From NCBI GenBank assembly GCA_035495215.1, contig DATJGH010000137.1, forward strand, positions 1 through 62,928: a stretch of DNA of 62,928 bases, read 5' to 3'. Below the pieces are notes generated by a model, which did no database searches, was not told the origin of the DNA, and saw only the letters and a list, made by a program, of their open reading frames with translations. The position numbers and the translations under genes are program-made. The DNA is from Patescibacteria group bacterium. Lineage in GTDB: Bacteria > Chloroflexota > Limnocylindria > Limnocylindrales > CSP1-4. Below are positions 1-8,136 of the stretch, piece after piece (position 1 is the first letter of the stretch; every line of letters starts with the position of its first letter).

Positions 1-1
1 A

Positions 2-205
2 CAGCAATTCCAGGGCCCGAGGAGCACACCGGACCCCGTCTATATCCTCTTCGAGGACTTCACGCACGTGAAGTTCTATCGACTCTCGCTGCGGGCCTCG
101 GTAGAGCTCGTGGATGGCCCCTTCGACGAGGGGTTCCACCACGTTGACGATTGGGCACCGCAGCGCCTCGTGACGGCAACCGGGCCGAACCCGCTGCGGC
201 GCTGA
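2..205 (+). CDS. 3' end of an unidentified CDS cut by the window edge
   Basis: Frame is open from position 2 to TGA at 203-205 (..VYILFEDFTHVKFYRLSLRASVELVDGPFDEGFHHVDDW..) with GC-rich third positions. No family recognised. Confidence 0.3.
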   Translation, partial: QQFQGPRSTPDPVYILFEDFTHVKFYRLSLRASVELVDGPFDEGFHHVDDWAPQRLVTATGPNPLRR

Positions 206-248
206 CCGCGCGGCCAGAGACCGTTCACGTCCCACATCGCGGCACAGG

Positions 249-1121
249 TCAGCCGATCTGAAGGGCAGTGAGGATCGCCACGACCGTTGCCTCAGGGTGC
301 GTTCGCTGCGGCGAGTGTGGTCCGCCGGCGATGGTGATCACGTGGTCGGCGCCGAGCTGGCGCTCGATGGCGGGGATCTTCGAATCTGGGATGAAGCCGC
401 CCGTCGACCACTCGCCGCGAATGAGCCACGCGTGCACGTCGCGGGCCTTGGGGTCGCGCAGCGCGGCCATCCCACTGTCCCAGCTGCCGTTCCTGAGGAG
501 CACGTCGAGGACGAGCTGCGGGTTGAACTCGGTCAGTGCCTGTGCCTTCGCGGCCACGTCACCCTCCGACCACGACGGGTTCGCGGTGCGCACAGCGGCG
601 ATCGAGTCTGCGAGCGTCGCGTACGGGCGCTCGGTCGGCTGCTCTGTCAGGGCCCTCAGTCGGCCGAGGGTGAGGTAGGGCGGGTCGAGCAGGATCAGCG
701 TTGCCGGCGCGAGCCCGGCCCCAGGCAGGTTGGCGCTGACCATCCCGCCCCACGAGTGGCCGACGACGGCGAGATCCGGTCGGTCGATGCCGGCCGCCTT
801 CGCAAAGGTCGTGAGCTCTGCCGCGGTGTCCGCGAGCCGATGCGACCGGGGTCCGCGAGCGGTGCGGCCGTGGCCGGGCATGTCGACCGCGATCACGCGG
901 CGCCCAGCAGCGGCCAGCGCAGGCCCGATCCGCCACCAGATGCCCGCGTTCGACGTCACGCCGTGGACGAGGAGCACCGGCGGGTCACCGGGGTTGCCCC
1001 AGGTCAGCGTCGGCCAGGCGGTCCCGCCGACGTCGATCTCGCTTTGCTCGCCGGCCGTTGGGTTCGCGAGCGCGCCCGCGACGGCGGGCGGCAGGTCGGC
1101 GGCTGTCGCTGTCAGGCGCAT
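249..1121 (-). CDS. alpha/beta-fold hydrolase
   Basis: 290 aa. HGVTSN oxyanion-type motif, GHSWGG nucleophile elbow (GxSxG), C-terminal His region (GGPHSPQ). Confidence 0.9.
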   Translation of the reverse strand: MRLTATAADLPPAVAGALANPTAGEQSEIDVGGTAWPTLTWGNPGDPPVLLVHGVTSNAGIWWRIGPALAAAGRRVIAVDMPGHGRTARGPRSHRLADTAAELTTFAKAAGIDRPDLAVVGHSWGGMVSANLPGAGLAPATLILLDPPYLTLGRLRALTEQPTERPYATLADSIAAVRTANPSWSEGDVAAKAQALTEFNPQLVLDVLLRNGSWDSGMAALRDPKARDVHAWLIRGEWSTGGFIPDSKIPAIERQLGADHVITIAGGPHSPQRTHPEATVVAILTALQIG

Positions 1122-1164
1122 CGTCTTCGCACTCTAGCCACCGTCCGCTCCGGGCGGGGCTACG

Positions 1165-1563
1165 ATGCGCGCGATGGCCAACCAGTTCGTGGTCCAGCTC
1201 AAGAACCAGCCCGGGGCGATGGCGGTCCTCGCCGAGGAGCTCGCGGCACGCGGCGTCGACCTGCGCGCGATCGGTGGCGGCGGGCTGGGGGACAGCGGCC
1301 ACGTGATCATGACGACGGCTGACGACGCGACGACGAAGCAGGTGCTCGACGAGGGCGACTACACCTACGTCGAGGGTGAGTCGATCATCGCCGAGGTCGA
1401 CGACAAGCCAGGCGGCATGGCCCGCATCGCGCGCCAGCTCGCGGACGCGGGGGTGAACATCCACGGCCACCTGTTCCTTGGCCGCTGGGGCGATCGCGCG
1501 ATGTTCGCGTTCGTCGTCGACCGGCCAGACCTCGCGAAGCCGATCCTCGAGCGCAAGGGCTAG
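1165..1563 (+). CDS. ACT-domain protein (two ACT-like halves)
   Basis: 132 aa. Two repeats of the (K/Q)NxPG(A/G)MAxxAxxLAxxGVN/D pattern typical of ACT ligand-binding domains. TAG stop. Confidence 0.7.
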   Translation: MRAMANQFVVQLKNQPGAMAVLAEELAARGVDLRAIGGGGLGDSGHVIMTTADDATTKQVLDEGDYTYVEGESIIAEVDDKPGGMARIARQLADAGVNIHGHLFLGRWGDRAMFAFVVDRPDLAKPILERKG

Positions 1564-1671
1564 GCCGGGCCGGCGCGGGCCGGTCATGAAGGACGGGCCC
1601 CTTCGGGCCGTCCGGCACTACCCGACCACCCGGCGAGAGCGCACACCACTCCCAGCAACGGGAGGTGTGCC

Positions 1672-2088
1672 ATGACGCGAGTCCTCGTTGTCAATCACGA
1701 CATCGATCTCGCCGATCTCGAGGTCGATTCGCTGCGGCGGCGTGGCTATGAGGTCCACGAGTGCCAGGGGCCGATCGGCGCCAAGTGCCCGATCCTGTCG
1801 GGGCGGCCGTGCGGCCTCGTCGAGTGGGCGGACGTGCTCGTGTACGACGCCTGGGCGACCGGTGAGCCCGACGGCGCGGTCGAGCTGATCGACGGCCTGC
1901 GCGAGCACCATCCAAGCATTCCGATCGTGCTCTCGGCGTCGGGGATCGAGCCGTCCTGGATCAAGACGACCGGGCCGCTCGGCATCACGCCGCTCGTGGG
2001 TGCGCCGATCGGAGAGCGGCTTGTCGCCGCGATCGAGGAGGCTGTCGCCTCCGCAGAGCACGAGGCCGGCGCCGCCGTCGTGGGCTGA
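1672..2088 (+). CDS. stand-alone CheY-like (possibly pseudo-)receiver domain protein
   Basis: 138 aa. GGGAGG RBS 8 nt upstream. Beta-alpha pattern RVLVVNHD / VLVYDAW / IPIVLSAS resembles a receiver, but the conserved Lys position is not evident. Confidence 0.5.
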   Translation: MTRVLVVNHDIDLADLEVDSLRRRGYEVHECQGPIGAKCPILSGRPCGLVEWADVLVYDAWATGEPDGAVELIDGLREHHPSIPIVLSASGIEPSWIKTTGPLGITPLVGAPIGERLVAAIEEAVASAEHEAGAAVVG

Positions 2089-2094
2089 GTCGGC

Positions 2095-3651
2095 TCAGGA
2101 AAACGAAAGCTTCGTCTCGCCGAGCGAGAGCTCTGCGCGCACCGCGTCGGCCTCGGGGGTCAGCCCAAGCTCCTCGAAGCCGGCGAGCGCCTGCCGAAGG
2201 TGCGGCTCCGCCTCGCTCGCCTTCCCGGCGGCGCGAAGCGATTCACCCCACGCCCGTCGAGTCCGGGCGAGCATGGGCCGCAACCCGATCTCCTGCATCA
2301 ACGCGATCGCCGCTTCGGCATCCGGCCTCGCGGCATCGACGTCGCCGTGCGTGACTGCCGCTTCCGCGCGCTTGGCCAGGATTCCCGCCTCGCCCATGCG
2401 GTTCCCGATGGACCGCGCGGTGGCAAGCGCCTCGTCCCACTCGCCGTCCTCCGCCGCGCCGAGGGCCGCCTGGGTCGAGCTCAGCCAGGCCACCAGCGTC
2501 GGGCGCCATACCTTCCGATCGACCACCGCCGAGATATCCGTGCCGCGCTTCAGGATGTCGCGAGCCTCCGCGTAGCGACCCTGGCGATAGAACACGTCCC
2601 CGAGGATCCATGAGCTCGCGATGATGCAGGCAGTTGCTCCGGTCTCCGCAGATTGCTGCACGCATTTGCTGGCGATCGGAACGGCTCCCTCGAGATCGCC
2701 CTTCGCTGATCGGACCAGGGATTCCGCGATGAGCGCGTCGAGCTGCGCGATCAGGTCGCTCTTGCCGGCGAGCTCCGTAGCCCGGGCGGCCGCGGCCTCC
2801 GCCTTCTCGAACTCCCCCACGTAGGCGTAGCCGATGGCGAGCGCGCCCCGGGCAAAGGCCGGCCCCACGGTGTCCCGGCGGCCCTCCAATACGGGGAGTG
2901 CCTCCTCGAGCTCGGCGATACCTCTGTGGGGATTGCCACTGAAGACATGGCTGAGACCCACGAGCGCCGTGGGAATGACCCGCAACGATGGATCGCCGAT
3001 CGCCTCGCCGACCTGTGCGATCCGGTCGAGCGAACGCTTGACGACCGGTTGGCTCGCGGATTCCCCGTTCTGCAGTCGGCCGAGCGCGATCAGGGTGTGC
3101 AAGCGCCCGATGAGCTCCTGGTCGCCCAGCTCCTCGGCAGGCTCGACGATGTCCTCGAGGGCTGCGAACGTCTCTTCAGGCGAGCGGAAGTAACCGCCGG
3201 CATCGGCCCTGCCGAGCTCGATCTCGATCTGTCGCCGTCGCCGCCGGTCGATCTCTGACCCTGACAGCGCGGCTGGGCCGGACGACTGATCCTCTTCGTG
3301 AATGAGGGTTGCCGCGCGATCGAAGGCCTCGTACGCCTCCTGGATGGCGTTCTGGCCGAGCGCGTGCTTGGCGCCCTCGGCGTAATAGTCGATGGCCCGC
3401 TCGGTGTCGCCGGCCTGCTCGAAGTGCATCGCCAGGACCGGCGCGAGCTCTCCGACGCGTTCCGGATAGAGCTCCTCCAGGGCGGTGCCGACGCGGCCGT
3501 GCAGCTCCCGTCGCTCCTGCTTCAGGAGCGACGTGTAGGCGGCGTCCTGAACGAGGCCATGGCGGAACAGGTACTCCAGCTCCGGTCGGATCGCGGCGAG
3601 GCGGATGAGGCCCTTCGCCTCGAGGACGTCGACCCTGGTATCGATGGTCAT
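2095..3651 (-). CDS. winged-helix/TPR C-terminal module of a cyclase-ATPase-TPR signalling protein (encoded separately)
   Basis: 518 aa. N-terminus (YLFRHGLVQDAAYTSLLKQERRELHGRVG) matches the post-ATPase segment of large STAND-like regulators, followed by TPR-like helical repeats. Its ATG overlaps the upstream stop (ATGA at 3648-3651). Confidence 0.8.
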   Translation of the reverse strand: MTIDTRVDVLEAKGLIRLAAIRPELEYLFRHGLVQDAAYTSLLKQERRELHGRVGTALEELYPERVGELAPVLAMHFEQAGDTERAIDYYAEGAKHALGQNAIQEAYEAFDRAATLIHEEDQSSGPAALSGSEIDRRRRRQIEIELGRADAGGYFRSPEETFAALEDIVEPAEELGDQELIGRLHTLIALGRLQNGESASQPVVKRSLDRIAQVGEAIGDPSLRVIPTALVGLSHVFSGNPHRGIAELEEALPVLEGRRDTVGPAFARGALAIGYAYVGEFEKAEAAAARATELAGKSDLIAQLDALIAESLVRSAKGDLEGAVPIASKCVQQSAETGATACIIASSWILGDVFYRQGRYAEARDILKRGTDISAVVDRKVWRPTLVAWLSSTQAALGAAEDGEWDEALATARSIGNRMGEAGILAKRAEAAVTHGDVDAARPDAEAAIALMQEIGLRPMLARTRRAWGESLRAAGKASEAEPHLRQALAGFEELGLTPEADAVRAELSLGETKLSFS

Positions 3652-5477
3652 GCCTCGGCTCCGATCACGCGCTCCAGGACGCGCACCGGGAACTGGCGGC
3701 CGATGACCGCCGCGACCCGGAGGCTCCGCTTCGCATCATCAGGCAGCTGATCGATTCTCGCCAGCAGCAGGCCGTGGAGCGTCTCCGGGATCTCGACCGA
3801 GGCCACCTCTGCCGTCGCAACCCACCGGCTTCCCTCCTGCACGATCACGCCTCCCTCGATCAGCATTCGGACGAGCTCCTCCACGAAGAAGGGGTTGCCC
3901 TCCGCCCTGGCGAGGATGAGGTCGCGGACGCGGTCGGGGAGGGACTCGATCTCGAGGAGATTCGCGACCAGGCTCCGACTGTCCGATTCGGCGAGCGGAT
4001 CGAGTCGAATCTCGGTGAGCGCTTCGCCGAAGATCGTGCGGGCGTGGCCGATCAGCGCCCAGCCCGGCGAATCCGTCTCGGCGCGCAGCGCGGCGACGAA
4101 CAGGATCGGCAGCTGTGCGGCGAGCGGCATGATCTGCCGTGCCACGTCGATGGATGCGGGGTCCGCCCAGTGCAGATCCTCGCAGACGACGACGACCGGC
4201 CCGCGTGCCGCGAGCCCGCGCAGCAGACGGTGGGTGGCAGCGATGTACCGCCCCTGGAGCGTCTCCGGGGTTTGGGTCGGGATGGCCTCACCCGGGCGCA
4301 GCGGCAGCCCCAGCAGATCTGCGAGATACGGCGCCGTGTCCTCGGCTTCGGTCTGGTCCGCGCCGAGGATGTCGACGAGCGCGGCGTCGAGCGCCGAACG
4401 CGCCTCCGCCTCCGTCGCCGCGAACGAGAAGCCCAGGATCGAACGCAGGAGATCGATCAGCAGGTGGTACGGCAGGCCGCGCCCGTACGAAACGCAGTGC
4501 CCTTCGAACCAGCGCGTCGTCGACGGTGGCGAGAGCGCGGCGCGCTTGAGCTCCGCGAGGAGGCGGCTCTTGCCGATGCCCGGCTCCCCGACGATGAACG
4601 CCGCCCGGCCGTGACCGGCACTCACGACATCGAGCAGCGAGCTGAGTCGCTCGAGCTGCTCCGCGCGCCCGACCATCGGGCTGTCCAGCCCAACCGACGC
4701 CAGGCCGCGGCGCCGCCCGGGGGCCGCATTCCGCCCAAGGACGCGATAGACGTGGATCGGCTCGGTCTTGCCCTTGACCTCGATGTCGCCGAGGTCCTCG
4801 AGATCGAACGTGTCTCCGGTCAGGCGGCGGGTCATCTCGGTCACGAGCACGGTCCCGGGCTGGGCGGCGGTCTGCATCCGCGCCGCGACGTTCACCGCGT
4901 CGCCAAGGGCCGTGTACTCGTAGCGGAGGTCGGAACCGACCTTGCCGACCATGACCGGCCCGCTGTTGATGCCGGCGCGGATCCGGAAGTCGATGCCATG
5001 TGTGGCCTTCAGCTGCGCCGCGAACTCGGCCGTGGCATCGAGCATGTCGAGCGCCGCGAAGATCGCCCGCTCCGGATCGTCCTCGTGCGCGACGGGTGCG
5101 CCGAAGAACGCGAGCATCGCGTCGCCCTGGAGCTGGGCGATGGTCCCTTCGTAGCGGAAGACGGCGCGCGACATGAGGTCGAACGCCTCGTTGATCATCG
5201 CGGTCCAATCCTCGGGGTCCATGTACTCGGCGAGGGTCGTCGAGCCGACGACGTCCGCGAAGAGCGCGGTCACGGGCTTGCGTTCGCCGGTCAGGCGAGC
5301 GCTCCGCATCTTGGTGATCAGCGGCGCAGGGGCCGCGGCGGCGACGCGCGTGTGCACCGCTGCATCGGCGGTCGAGGCCTCGGTCAGCGCCTGGCCGCAG
5401 TTCGCGCAGAACTTGGCCTCCGGCGCGACGCTGGCGTCGCACCGCGGACAGCTCTGCGTCATGGGCTCGACGGTCAT
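3648..5477 (-). CDS. zinc-ribbon / class III adenylate-guanylate cyclase / P-loop AAA ATPase protein
   Basis: 609 aa. CPRCx10CANCG zinc ribbon. Cyclase core (ALFADVVGSTT .. GDAMLAFFGAP .. RIRAGINSGPV .. YTALGDAVNVAARM). Walker A GEPGIGKS. Confidence 0.9.
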   Translation of the reverse strand: MTVEPMTQSCPRCDASVAPEAKFCANCGQALTEASTADAAVHTRVAAAAPAPLITKMRSARLTGERKPVTALFADVVGSTTLAEYMDPEDWTAMINEAFDLMSRAVFRYEGTIAQLQGDAMLAFFGAPVAHEDDPERAIFAALDMLDATAEFAAQLKATHGIDFRIRAGINSGPVMVGKVGSDLRYEYTALGDAVNVAARMQTAAQPGTVLVTEMTRRLTGDTFDLEDLGDIEVKGKTEPIHVYRVLGRNAAPGRRRGLASVGLDSPMVGRAEQLERLSSLLDVVSAGHGRAAFIVGEPGIGKSRLLAELKRAALSPPSTTRWFEGHCVSYGRGLPYHLLIDLLRSILGFSFAATEAEARSALDAALVDILGADQTEAEDTAPYLADLLGLPLRPGEAIPTQTPETLQGRYIAATHRLLRGLAARGPVVVVCEDLHWADPASIDVARQIMPLAAQLPILFVAALRAETDSPGWALIGHARTIFGEALTEIRLDPLAESDSRSLVANLLEIESLPDRVRDLILARAEGNPFFVEELVRMLIEGGVIVQEGSRWVATAEVASVEIPETLHGLLLARIDQLPDDAKRSLRVAAVIGRQFPVRVLERVIGAEA

Positions 5478-5515
5478 TCGAATCGCATCGTACCGCCGTA
5501 CCCGGCGGCTGCTGT

Positions 5516-7006
5516 TCAGGCCGGGATTGCCTCGATCAGCGCCGCGATGGCGTCCCGGATCGCCTGCGCCCGTTGCGCGTCCACGCCCTTGGTTTCCTTG
5601 TCCGCGCGGTCCGAAAGCCGCTCCGCCGCCGTTCGAGCCGCGGTCATGTCCTCGCTCTCGAGTGCGCTGCGGACAGCCCCGGCCAGGTCGAGCAGCTCGC
5701 CCGCCGCCTTGCCGTTCAGCCCGTCGCGGCCGCCCTTGGCCGCGTTGATCGTCGTGACCACGTGACCCAGCGCGGTGAGGGCCGGCCCTGCGGGATCGGG
5801 AGTGGGGGAGGGGGACGGCGAGATGGTGGGCGATGGCACGACGGTGGGGGAGGCTGTCACGCCGGGTGGCGAGGCCGACGCGGACGCTGATGCGGCCCCC
5901 GGGAGGCGGTTGGCGAGCGCCAGGAGCAGTGCGGCCGCCACCACGGCTGTGCCGAGCAGCAGGGCCGCGGTGCTGGGCGTCCGGCGTTCGCGCGCTGAGG
6001 AAGGCCGTTCGGCGCGCCGCCGCCGAACTGGCGCCGCGCGGGTCACCCCCGCTGGCACAGCGATCCGCGTCGTGTCCGTGAGCGGATCCGGCTCGCTGGA
6101 CGGTTGCGCCTCTACGGCCGCCGCGGCCTGCGGCGCCTCGGACGCCAGCGCCGGTTGTACCTCCGCGTCCGAGCCTCCGAGCACGCCAACGAGGCCCGCG
6201 GTGAAGGCATTGAGGCCCGGGCGATCGGCCGGATCGGTGGCGAGTCCCTTCTCGAGCAACGAATCGAACCCCGAGCCCAGCGTCGGCGCGGCGCTCGACG
6301 CGACCGGGATCGGTTCGGCCATCGCCGTCAGGAGGCCGGTCAACGTCTCCGACTGTCGCGGCGCCCGACCGGTCAGGGCGTGGAACGTCGTCGCCGCGAG
6401 CGCGTAGACGTCGCTGGCGAACGTCGGGCGGCCGCCCGCAACGAGCTCTGGCGCCATGTACGCGGGCGTGCCGATCGCCGTACCCGCCTCGGTGAGGGTC
6501 GGAAACTCCGGCCGCCCGTCGCTCCTCGCCAGGCCGAAGTCCGCCAGCTTGGGCCGACCGCCTGTGAACAGGATGTTCGCCGGCTTGATGTCACGATGGA
6601 CGAGGCCGTTGGCGTGGAGCTCGCCGAGACCGCCCGCGACCGCGAGGATCAGCGGGACGAGCTCGCCCGCGGAGATCCTGCCCGCCGTCTCGATTCGGTC
6701 CGCGAGGCTGCCACCCTCGCACAGCTCCATGACGTAGAAGGGCTCGCGCCCGGCTTCGAGATCGCCTGGCTCGACGTCGAAGATCTCCGCGATGCTGGGG
6801 TGGGTGACCGACGCGAGGAGGCGCGCTTCGCGATCGAATCGCTCCGCGAATGACGGATCACGAGCCAGGTTGGGGACGAGCACCTTGACCGCGACCTCGC
6901 GCTCGAGGCGAAGGTCGGTCGCGCGATAGACGGTGGCCATGCCGCCCGCACCGAGAACCGCATCGACGCGATAGCGACCGGCAAGCACGTCTCCGACGGC
7001 GGGCAT
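5516..7006 (-). CDS. Ser/Thr protein kinase with one TM segment and a Pro/Ser-rich extracytoplasmic tail
   Basis: 496 aa. GAGGMATVY glycine loop, AVK, HRDIKPANILF, DFG, APE motifs. Hydrophobic stretch LLLGTAVVAAALLLALA. Confidence 0.95.
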   Translation of the reverse strand: MPAVGDVLAGRYRVDAVLGAGGMATVYRATDLRLEREVAVKVLVPNLARDPSFAERFDREARLLASVTHPSIAEIFDVEPGDLEAGREPFYVMELCEGGSLADRIETAGRISAGELVPLILAVAGGLGELHANGLVHRDIKPANILFTGGRPKLADFGLARSDGRPEFPTLTEAGTAIGTPAYMAPELVAGGRPTFASDVYALAATTFHALTGRAPRQSETLTGLLTAMAEPIPVASSAAPTLGSGFDSLLEKGLATDPADRPGLNAFTAGLVGVLGGSDAEVQPALASEAPQAAAAVEAQPSSEPDPLTDTTRIAVPAGVTRAAPVRRRRAERPSSARERRTPSTAALLLGTAVVAAALLLALANRLPGAASASASASPPGVTASPTVVPSPTISPSPSPTPDPAGPALTALGHVVTTINAAKGGRDGLNGKAAGELLDLAGAVRSALESEDMTAARTAAERLSDRADKETKGVDAQRAQAIRDAIAALIEAIPA

Positions 7007-7023
7007 GCGCGGCAGCGTACGGG

Positions 7024-7728
7024 ATGGTGGCGGGGAGTCATCGAAACGAACGTCGTGCGAGCCCTTGTCGAAAGGGAACAGACGTTCTAAACTTCAGCGT
7101 GCCCGCAAAGCGCAACCAGCGACCCACGAACGTTCGCTTCTACGCGGCGAACCGGGCGAGCGAGATCGAGCGGGTGCGACGTCGGCAGGACCTCACGACT
7201 GCGTTCCTGCGGGAGCTTCGTAACGTCCCCTGTGCCGACTGTGGCGGTCGGTTTGCCGGCCATCAGATGGACTTCGACCATCGGGATCCGAACGAGAAGG
7301 CGTTTGACCTCACGAAGGGCCGGGCTGCGCTCAAGAATCGGGAGCAGCTCCTTGCCGAGGCAGCCAAGTGCGATGTCGTCTGTGCGAATTGCCATCGCCT
7401 CCGGACGCGGAGACAGCATCGCGAATGGCTGGCGGCGCGGACCCAGGCGACCACTCCTGGCCTGGCCGACCGACGGAGACACTGGCGCTACAACGCAGAT
7501 CTGCTGGATCAATTGCGGTCAGTGCCCTGCGCCGATTGCGGCGGTCAGTTCGCACAGTGCGCAATGGACTTCGATCACCGAGACCCGTCGACCAAGGTTC
7601 GAGGCGTTACCCGGATGATCAATGGCAGTACGGATCGCATGCTGGCCGAGGCAGCCAAGTGCGATATCGTCTGCGCGAGCTGCCACCGCCTTCGGACGTT
7701 CGAGCGGCGTTCGCGGCAGTCCGCCTGA
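7024..7728 (+). CDS. tandem-HNH (double CxxC..DH..CxxCH) nuclease-like protein
   Basis: Two ~60-aa modules (7225-7407 and 7522-7698), each VPCADCGG..MDFDHRDP..AEAAKCD(V/I)VCA(N/S)CHRLRT. The start is uncertain; GTG at 7099 is an alternative because the divergent kinase starts at 7006. The TGA stop at 7726-7728 directly abuts the tRNA. Confidence 0.75.
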   Translation: MVAGSHRNERRASPCRKGTDVLNFSVPAKRNQRPTNVRFYAANRASEIERVRRRQDLTTAFLRELRNVPCADCGGRFAGHQMDFDHRDPNEKAFDLTKGRAALKNREQLLAEAAKCDVVCANCHRLRTRRQHREWLAARTQATTPGLADRRRHWRYNADLLDQLRSVPCADCGGQFAQCAMDFDHRDPSTKVRGVTRMINGSTDRMLAEAAKCDIVCASCHRLRTFERRSRQSA

Positions 7729-7804
7729 GCGGGCGAAGCAAAGCTGGTTTTGCACCTGGCTTCCAACCAGGCGGTCGCGGGTTCGAATCCCGTCGCCCGC
7801 TCCA
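7729..7804 (+). tRNA. tRNA-Gly (anticodon UCC), CCA encoded
   Basis: Hand-folded cloverleaf. Acceptor GCGGGCG/CGCCCGC, D stem GCAA/TTGC, anticodon stem CCTGG/CCAGG with loop CTTCCAA, 5-nt variable loop, T arm GCGGG-TTCGAAT-CCCGT, discriminator U, CCA. Position 8 is A rather than the usual U. Confidence 0.88.
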
Positions 7805-7833
7805 TTTCTTATATCGAGCCTTGGTGCGCCCTC

Positions 7834-8136
7834 GTGGGCGTGAGCCTGTACCTCAAGAACTACCTCAGCGTGGCGACGACACTGCCTGCGCTCACCTTCC
7901 TGGTCGGCGGAAATCTCGGTATCGTCGCGTGGGCGCGCGGCGGCACGGTGCTGCAGCGGGCATTCGCGAATGCTGCAGCCATCGCGGAGGAGATGAAGGC
8001 GGCCGGGGGCCCGCCGAGCTCCGAGCTCATGGCCCGCCAGCTGGCAGCCACAGCCCGGCTTCGGACCATCGGGCAGCAGGACCTCGTCCTGGTGCTCGCG
8101 GCCGCCGTGCTCATGTCGGTGGCGCGCTACCTCTGA
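7834..8136 (+). CDS. small membrane protein (two predicted TM segments)
   Basis: The track ORF 7750-8136 would overlap the tRNA, so it was trimmed to GTG 7834. Hydrophobic segments at both ends. Its stop overlaps the next start (TGATG at 8134-8138). Confidence 0.5.
   Translation: MGVSLYLKNYLSVATTLPALTFLVGGNLGIVAWARGGTVLQRAFANAAAIAEEMKAAGGPPSSELMARQLAATARLRTIGQQDLVLVLAAAVLMSVARYL

Noticed and set aside
7729-7834. Genomic island or prophage insertion at the tRNA-Gly 3' end
   Set aside because: No integrase, recombinase, direct repeat of the tRNA 3' end or GC shift follows the tRNA. The downstream genes look like ordinary membrane and signalling genes.
7368-8135. N-terminal 256 codons of the 1020-aa track ORF 7368-10430
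   Set aside because: This part overlaps the HNH gene in another frame and reads straight through the tRNA-Gly. A clean ATG with a TGATG junction at 8136 starts the hydrophobic protein.
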